A stretch of 64,000 nt of DNA from Deinococcus sp. (GTDB taxonomy: Bacteria; Deinococcota; Deinococci; Deinococcales; Deinococcaceae): the NCBI GenBank assembly GCA_965261005.1, contig OZ253376.1:247558-311557 (forward strand), in the 5' to 3' direction. Within the stretch, counting starts at the first letter, position 1. The number at the start of each line of letters is the position of its first letter. Under the pieces are notes generated by a model. The model ran no database searches and was not told the DNA's origin. It was given only the letters and a program-made list of their open reading frames with translations. The translations under genes and the position numbers were made by a program. Of this stretch, positions 58,628-64,000 are shown one piece after another.

Positions 58628-59641
58628 ATGGGCAGGGCCACCCCACACCACGCTTTGGCGCCCGACCAAAGCCCGACCAACGAGCTGACCACCCTGGCGA
58701 CCCTGTACTACGTCGACGGGTTGACCCAGGAAGAGCTGTCGAAGAAGTTCGGCGTTTCGAGGGCCACCATCGGACGCATGCTCAAACGCGCCCAGGATGA
58801 GGGAATCGTCGAGATTCGGGTGCGCCAAAGCCTCAAGCAGAGCGACGAGCTTGAGGACGCGCTGATTCAGCGCTTCGGCGTTATGCGCGCCATCCTGACG
58901 CCCGACCACGCCGACGCCGAAAAGCAGCGCGGCATGCTGGCGAGCTTGGTGGCCGGCTATCTCGACAAGCACCTTCAAGACGGCGTCACGGTGGCGGTCG
59001 GTATGGGACGCAACATCAACGCGGTTTCGGACCACGTCATCTCGACGGCGCCCCGGGGCTGTACCTTTGTGTGCGCCATCGGCGGCACCTCGCTGGGCGG
59101 TGAGGCGATGAACCCCGACCACATCTGCCGCCGCCTCGCCGCACAGTTCGGCGGCGTAAGCGAGACGCTGTACGCGCCCGCCTTGGTGGACAGTCCCGAG
59201 ATCGTGCGCCACCTCACCGAGAACCCGACGGTGCGCCAGACGCTCGACAAGGCCCGCCGCGCGGACATGGCGCTGGTGGGCGTGGGCGACATGTCCGCCG
59301 ACAGCAACATGGTGCGCATGGGCTGGTTCACGCCGGGGGAACTGGCTGAGGCCAAGCGCCTGGGCACGGTGGGCGACTTGATGGGCTACGACTTCCTGGA
59401 TATTCACGGCCGCACCGCCAAGACGCCCATTCAGGGCCGGGTGGTGGGCCTCAGCGTGGAGGATCTGCGGCGCATTCCCAACGTGATCGCCATGGCCAGC
59501 GAGCCTTCAAAGGTCACGGCCATTTTGGGCGCGCTGCACACCGGGGCCATCAACACCTTGGCGACCAGCGTGTCCAACGCCACCACCCTGCTTCAGATGG
59601 ACGAGGCAATCAGCGCGGGGCGGCCACAGCAAGCTTCGTAA
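58628..59641 (+). CDS. SorC/DeoR-family sugar-binding regulator
   Basis: LYYVDGLTQEE..GVSRATIGRML; GTVGDLMG; LATS. Confidence 0.92.
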   Translation: MGRATPHHALAPDQSPTNELTTLATLYYVDGLTQEELSKKFGVSRATIGRMLKRAQDEGIVEIRVRQSLKQSDELEDALIQRFGVMRAILTPDHADAEKQRGMLASLVAGYLDKHLQDGVTVAVGMGRNINAVSDHVISTAPRGCTFVCAIGGTSLGGEAMNPDHICRRLAAQFGGVSETLYAPALVDSPEIVRHLTENPTVRQTLDKARRADMALVGVGDMSADSNMVRMGWFTPGELAEAKRLGTVGDLMGYDFLDIHGRTAKTPIQGRVVGLSVEDLRRIPNVIAMASEPSKVTAILGALHTGAINTLATSVSNATTLLQMDEAISAGRPQQAS

Positions 59642-59773
59642 GGGAGAGCTTCAGGGAGTGGTGACCCCGCGCTTCCTGAGTTTGAACCAACGGTCCCCAT
59701 CGGTGAAGCGGGGCCTAGCAAGCTAACACCTTTTGGCGGTAAAAGGGGTGTTTGATGAGAGCTAGGAGGTCAC

Positions 59774-60769
59774 ATGAACAAGCTCGACCAACTGCGCGAG
59801 ATGTCCGTGGTGGTTGCCGACACCGGCGACATCGAGGCCATTCGCAAATACAAACCGCGCGACTGCACCACCAACCCGTCGCTGATTCTCAAGGCGGCGG
59901 CGCTGCCCGGCTACGCCAAGCTGGTGAACGAGGCCATGCAGGGCAATCAAGCGCAAGGTGATACGGGGGTGGCCGTCGAGAACATGCAGGAGGCGGCGCG
60001 GGGCGCGGGCAATCTGGACGCCGCCGTGGACCAACTGACCGTGCGCATCGGCGCCGAGCTGACGCGCATCGTGACGGGGGACGTTTCCACCGAGGTGGAC
60101 GCCCGGCTCTCCTTTGACAAGGACGCCATGACCGCCAAGGCGCGCCGCTTGATCGAGCTGTACGAGGGGGAGGGCGTCGGCCGCGACCGCATCCTGATCA
60201 AGCTGGCGACCACTTGGGAAGGCGTGCAGGCGGCGCGCGAGCTGCGTGAGGACGGCATTCGCTGCAACATGACGCTGGTCTTTTGCCTGGAGCAGGCCGT
60301 TGCCGCCGCGCAGGCGGGCGCCTTTTTGATCTCGCCCTTCGTCGGGCGCATCACCGATTGGTACAAAAAGAGCACCGGCACCCAGGACTATCTCATTTCC
60401 GAGGATCCCGGCGTGCAGTCGGTCAAGTCCATCTACGAGCACTTCAAGCGCCACGGCTACCAGACCGTTGTGATGGGCGCCTCGTTTCGCAGCGCCGCGC
60501 AGGTGGAGGCGCTGGCAGGCTGCGACCGCCTGACCATCAGCCCGCAATATCTGGGCGAGTTGGCAGAGGACCAGGGCCAACTGGAGCGCCAACTCACTCC
60601 CACCCAGGACAACCAAAGCGAGCCGGAACTCAGCGAAGCCGACTTTCGCTGGGCGCTAACCGAAAATGCGATGGCCGGTGAAAAGCTCAGCGAGGGCATC
60701 CGGCTGTTTCACCAAGACAGCCAAAAGCTGCGTCAACTGCTGACCCGCCAAATGGCGCAGATAGAGTAG
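59774..60769 (+). CDS. tal: Transaldolase
   Basis: VVADTGD, DCTTNPSLI, LIKLATTWEG, ISPFVGRI, MGASFR. Confidence 0.96.
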   Translation: MNKLDQLREMSVVVADTGDIEAIRKYKPRDCTTNPSLILKAAALPGYAKLVNEAMQGNQAQGDTGVAVENMQEAARGAGNLDAAVDQLTVRIGAELTRIVTGDVSTEVDARLSFDKDAMTAKARRLIELYEGEGVGRDRILIKLATTWEGVQAARELREDGIRCNMTLVFCLEQAVAAAQAGAFLISPFVGRITDWYKKSTGTQDYLISEDPGVQSVKSIYEHFKRHGYQTVVMGASFRSAAQVEALAGCDRLTISPQYLGELAEDQGQLERQLTPTQDNQSEPELSEADFRWALTENAMAGEKLSEGIRLFHQDSQKLRQLLTRQMAQIE

Positions 60770-61657
60770 ACCTCTTGCGAAAGTCGTGGGTTAAGCTCAA
60801 GGGGTGGAGCGAGATCGCCTGAGACGGACACTGAAGATGAACCGCAAGCAGTTCCGCCGACGCACCGGGGTGTATCCCGAAACCTTCGCCCAGATGGAAG
60901 CGGTGCTGATCGAGCGAGAAGGACAGAAGAAGAAATCTGGTCGTCCAGCCGCGCTCAGGGTGGCTGAACAACTTCTGATGACACTGGAATTCTGGCGCGA
61001 GTACCGCACCTTCGCGCACCTGGGTGACGACTGGGGCGTCCATGAGACCACGGTGCACCGCACGGTGGAACGTGTCGAAGAAGCCCTGATCGCCAGCCAG
61101 CAGTTCCAGATGCCTAGAAAGCGCGTGTTCCAGCAAGCGCAGACGGTCTACAGCATCGTGGCCGTCGATGCGTCCGAAGTGCCGTGTGAACGACCCAAAA
61201 AAAGCAGCGCCGCTGGTACAGCGGCAAGAAGAAGCGGCACACCTTGAAGTTCCAAGTCCTGATCTGTACCGTGACTCAGCACATCCTGGGCACGGCGACG
61301 AGTGCTGGAGCCATCCATGATCTCAAGCTGTTTCGGCAGTCTGGGGTACGGTTTCCTCATGACACGGCCCTGATCGGGGATGCGGGGTATCAGGGTTTGT
61401 GGAGAAGCCACGGGCACGCCATCACCACGCATAAGGCGACCAAGTCCAAGCCGTTGACCAAAGAGCAGCGTCGAGAAAACCGGGTGCTGGCCTATACCCG
61501 CCAAGGAATCGAACACGTCATCCGTCGCATGAAGGTCTTTCGGGTGCTCAAGGGCGTCTACCGACATCGGCGGCGTCGCTTTGCCCTTCGGGTTCAGCTC
61601 ATCGCCGCCCTCTGTAACCTTACCCGCGCCCAACCCTCCTGACTTTCGCAAGAGGTC
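60769..61657 (+). mobile_element. IS5-family (ISL2-like) insertion sequence, 889 bp, TA target duplication
   Basis: Perfect terminal IR GACCTCTTGCGAAAGTC / GACTTTCGCAAGAGGTC, TA on both sides. Confidence 0.92.
60804..61642 (+). CDS. IS5-family transposase, two ORFs joined by a -1 frameshift at A7G (61197-61204)
   Basis: -1 shift restores KKQRRWYSGKKKRHTLK; DDE residues in VDASE, GDAGYQG, IEH. Confidence 0.88.
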
Positions 61658-61847
61658 TAGTGAAGGGTGTAAGCCGTCGTGGCAGAAGTGTAAAGGAAAC
61701 CAAGGAAGCTTAAGCGAAGAATTCGGTAACAATGAGAAGTTATGTATGCTTTAAGGCCGCGTAACCCCTTGCGCGGCCCTATTTCGGTCCGTCTCAGGTG
61801 TCGATCACTGCGCCCCATTTAGCTGGGCGCGCCTCTGAGGAAAGTAC

Positions 61848-61912
61848 CTTTTCCCATCTGCTTCGCTGGAACATCTGTCAACTTCGTTGACAGATGTTCC
61901 AGCATCTGTATC
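61848..61912. repeat. Internal module of the SNR/MITE-like family
   Basis: GCTGGAACATCTGTCAACTTCGTTGACAGATGTTCCAGC palindrome with the same GTCAAC-GAA/TTC-GTTGAC core as 22222-22256. Confidence 0.6.
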
Positions 61913-61976
61913 GCCTTACCCCGGGCGGCTTGTCTTGAGTTTTGTGTGCTGGCAAATACCTCCCGACCTGAAACTC

Positions 61977-62005
61977 TTGACAGTGTTTGGTCGGGCCTTC
62001 ATGAT
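61977..62005 (+). promoter_or_regulatory. Putative sigma70 promoter
   Basis: TTGACA-17-CATGAT upstream of lipoprotein gene. Confidence 0.5.
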
Positions 62006-62158
62006 CTACTTAGCTCACTTTGTGTGAGAAAGCAAATTTATAGTCGCACCGGTGGTCGCCTTAGGCTTCACCAGGTCAAACTATCGGCTTGCCAATCAAA
62101 AGCGGCTCTATCAGATTACAGACTGCTTAGATTCTGACATCCTTGTGCAAGAGGTTCT

Positions 62159-64000
62159 ATGAACAAAACGTCTTCGCGTCCCTTTCGTCCCTTTTCCCTG
62201 TTCAGTCTGACCCTCGCCCTGGTCGCCTGCGGGCAACCTGCCAAGCCGCCCGCCACTGTCAGCTCATCGGCCCAGCCGGGCGTCGGCATCAAGGCCCTCG
62301 ACCTTGGCAGCGGCGTCACCTACACGCTGCGAAGCGCCTGTAGCAACAAGGTGCTCGACGTGGCCGGCGTCAGCAAAAACGACGGCGCGGTGGTGCAGCT
62401 GTGGAGAGGTTGGAACGGCCCCAACCAGCAGTGGAGGGTGAACCGCCAGGGCGACGGCAGCTACCAACTCCTCTCGGTCGGCAGCGCCAAGGCCTTGGAC
62501 GTGTTGGGCTGGGGCACGGGCAACGGCGCGGCCGTGGCGCAGTGGTCCTGGGACGGCGGCGCCAACCAGCGCTGGCGCCTGACCGAGCTGGGCGGCGGCT
62601 ACGTCAAGCTCAATCCCCTGCACGCCCCAAGCAAGGCGCTCGATGTGGCGGGCGCTTCGGTCAAGGATGGCGCGAGGGTGCAACTGTTCAGCGACAACGG
62701 CACCTGCGCTCAGCGGTGGAAGTTCGAGGCGGTTGGGGCCACGCCCGCACCGCCCACGCCGCCGGCAGACGACCGGACTGGCCCCAAAGCTTGGCGTGCG
62801 GCCGACTTCCTCGACACCATCGGCGTGGGCGCGCACTTTGAACGTATCTGGGACAACAACACCATCTGGGCCAAGCAGCAGAACGGGCTGCGCCAAAAAC
62901 TGCTCGACTCCGGCATCGCTCATGTCCGTATCGCGCACATTAACGGTATGGAAAAGGGCGACCGTTATATGAAGTACATCCAAACCATGAACGGCCTGAA
63001 GTTCGACCTGCAAACCAGCTGGGATCACGACCCCGCCACCATACCGACCATCAATTCTCTTTTGAACGGCAACGTGGACGCCATAGAGGCCGTCAACGAG
63101 CCGGACAACCAGGGCTGGAGCAAGAGCGTCTGGCCCAAGCAGCTGATCGCCAACCAGCGTGCGCTGCGCCAAGTGCGTGACAACAACCCCAGCATGAAAA
63201 ATGTGGCCCTCTATGGCCCCAGCGTGCTGACCGACGACGGCGCGCAGGCGGTCGCGGACGTGGGCGGCGTCGCGGGCAACTTCGACTGCCTCAACGCCCA
63301 CATGTACTCCACCGACGCTGGGCCGGAGGAGCTGTTGTCCGACGCTGGCTTGGACGGCAGGGGGTATGGCAACGTCAAGTACCACAAGACCAGGCTGGGC
63401 AAGATGGGCGACCCCACCAATTGCATCGTCAGCACCGAGGCGGGCGGGCAAGACGACCCCGCCTTCGGCGGCACGCCTGAGAAACAGACCGGCCGCTACG
63501 CGCCGCGCATCTACCTGGAATTTGCCAAAAAGGGCGTCACCCGCACCTACATCTACGAGCTTGTGGATGAACCCGGCATGGGCGGCGGCGAGGAACACTT
63601 CGGCCTGCTGCGCGCGGACCTCAGCGAAAAACCCGCCTTCAAGGCCGTGAAGAACATGATTGCCCTGCTGAAAGACGCTGCGGGCGCCAATACGACCTTT
63701 GCCCCCGGCCAGCTCAACTACAGCCTGAGCGGTCGAACCGACAGCGTGCACCAGATGCTGTTCCAAAAGGCGAACGGCACCTTTTACCTGGCCCTCTGGA
63801 TTGGCAAGCGCTCGGTCAAGTGGCCGGAGCTTACCGAGATCAGCGTTCCCGACCAAAGCGTGACCCTCAGCGTGCCCACCCGCACGACGGCCACCCTGCA
63901 CACCCTGAACGACGCGGGCGCCATGACGGACGGCAGCCCACAGACCATCGCGGGGGGCAAGCTCAGCTTGAGCGTGTCCGACCGCGTCACCTTCGTTGAG
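62159..64000 (+). CDS. Lipoprotein with ricin-B (CBM13) lectin domain and clan GH-A-like catalytic domain; runs off window end (absent from ORF track)
   Basis: MNKTSSRP..LALVAC lipobox; KVLDV..QLW..NQQW repeats; EAVNEPD and IVSTEAG; YELVDE..HFGLLRADLSEKPAF. Confidence 0.88.
   Translation, partial: MNKTSSRPFRPFSLFSLTLALVACGQPAKPPATVSSSAQPGVGIKALDLGSGVTYTLRSACSNKVLDVAGVSKNDGAVVQLWRGWNGPNQQWRVNRQGDGSYQLLSVGSAKALDVLGWGTGNGAAVAQWSWDGGANQRWRLTELGGGYVKLNPLHAPSKALDVAGASVKDGARVQLFSDNGTCAQRWKFEAVGATPAPPTPPADDRTGPKAWRAADFLDTIGVGAHFERIWDNNTIWAKQQNGLRQKLLDSGIAHVRIAHINGMEKGDRYMKYIQTMNGLKFDLQTSWDHDPATIPTINSLLNGNVDAIEAVNEPDNQGWSKSVWPKQLIANQRALRQVRDNNPSMKNVALYGPSVLTDDGAQAVADVGGVAGNFDCLNAHMYSTDAGPEELLSDAGLDGRGYGNVKYHKTRLGKMGDPTNCIVSTEAGGQDDPAFGGTPEKQTGRYAPRIYLEFAKKGVTRTYIYELVDEPGMGGGEEHFGLLRADLSEKPAFKAVKNMIALLKDAAGANTTFAPGQLNYSLSGRTDSVHQMLFQKANGTFYLALWIGKRSVKWPELTEISVPDQSVTLSVPTRTTATLHTLNDAGAMTDGSPQTIAGGKLSLSVSDRVTFVE

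Noticed and set aside
61660..62158. Possible riboswitch or ncRNA in the long intergenic region
   Set aside because: No c-di-GMP or other riboswitch consensus recognisable; the main hairpin belongs to the repeat family. An Rfam scan would decide.

Overview
High-GC (Deinococcus-like, inferred from the K/A/P-tailed HU paralogue, ATACGGATTCCG-type intergenic repeats and IS types) accessory region, probably a secondary replicon. It opens with the end of a CRISPR-Cas locus: cas6 3' end, a WYL regulator, a leader and a 13-repeat array (37-bp repeat, I-D/III-D-like). The most striking feature is a 338-bp 'spacer' between repeats 11 and 12. It carries the 3' half of a stop-interrupted BrnT-like toxin and an apparently expressible CopG/BrnA-type antitoxin ORF, which has its own sigma70-like promoter and takes its stop codon from the next CRISPR repeat. 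The rest is mostly catabolic: esterase/acyltransferase, a PaoABC-XdhC-MocA molybdo-enzyme, a GntR sugar-acid pathway with ABC importer, a GlcNAc/GH125 cluster, a GH1/GH4/NagB/kinase cluster and a lower-GC ribitol cassette with tal. Also present are a decayed IS3-bounded block of SDR/AraC genes, an intact tyrosine recombinase with a dif-like 11-6-11 palindrome at its start, an IS5-family element inserted in the tal stop codon, and a ricin-lectin/GH-A lipoprotein running off the window end. Family calls come from motif recognition, not database searches.
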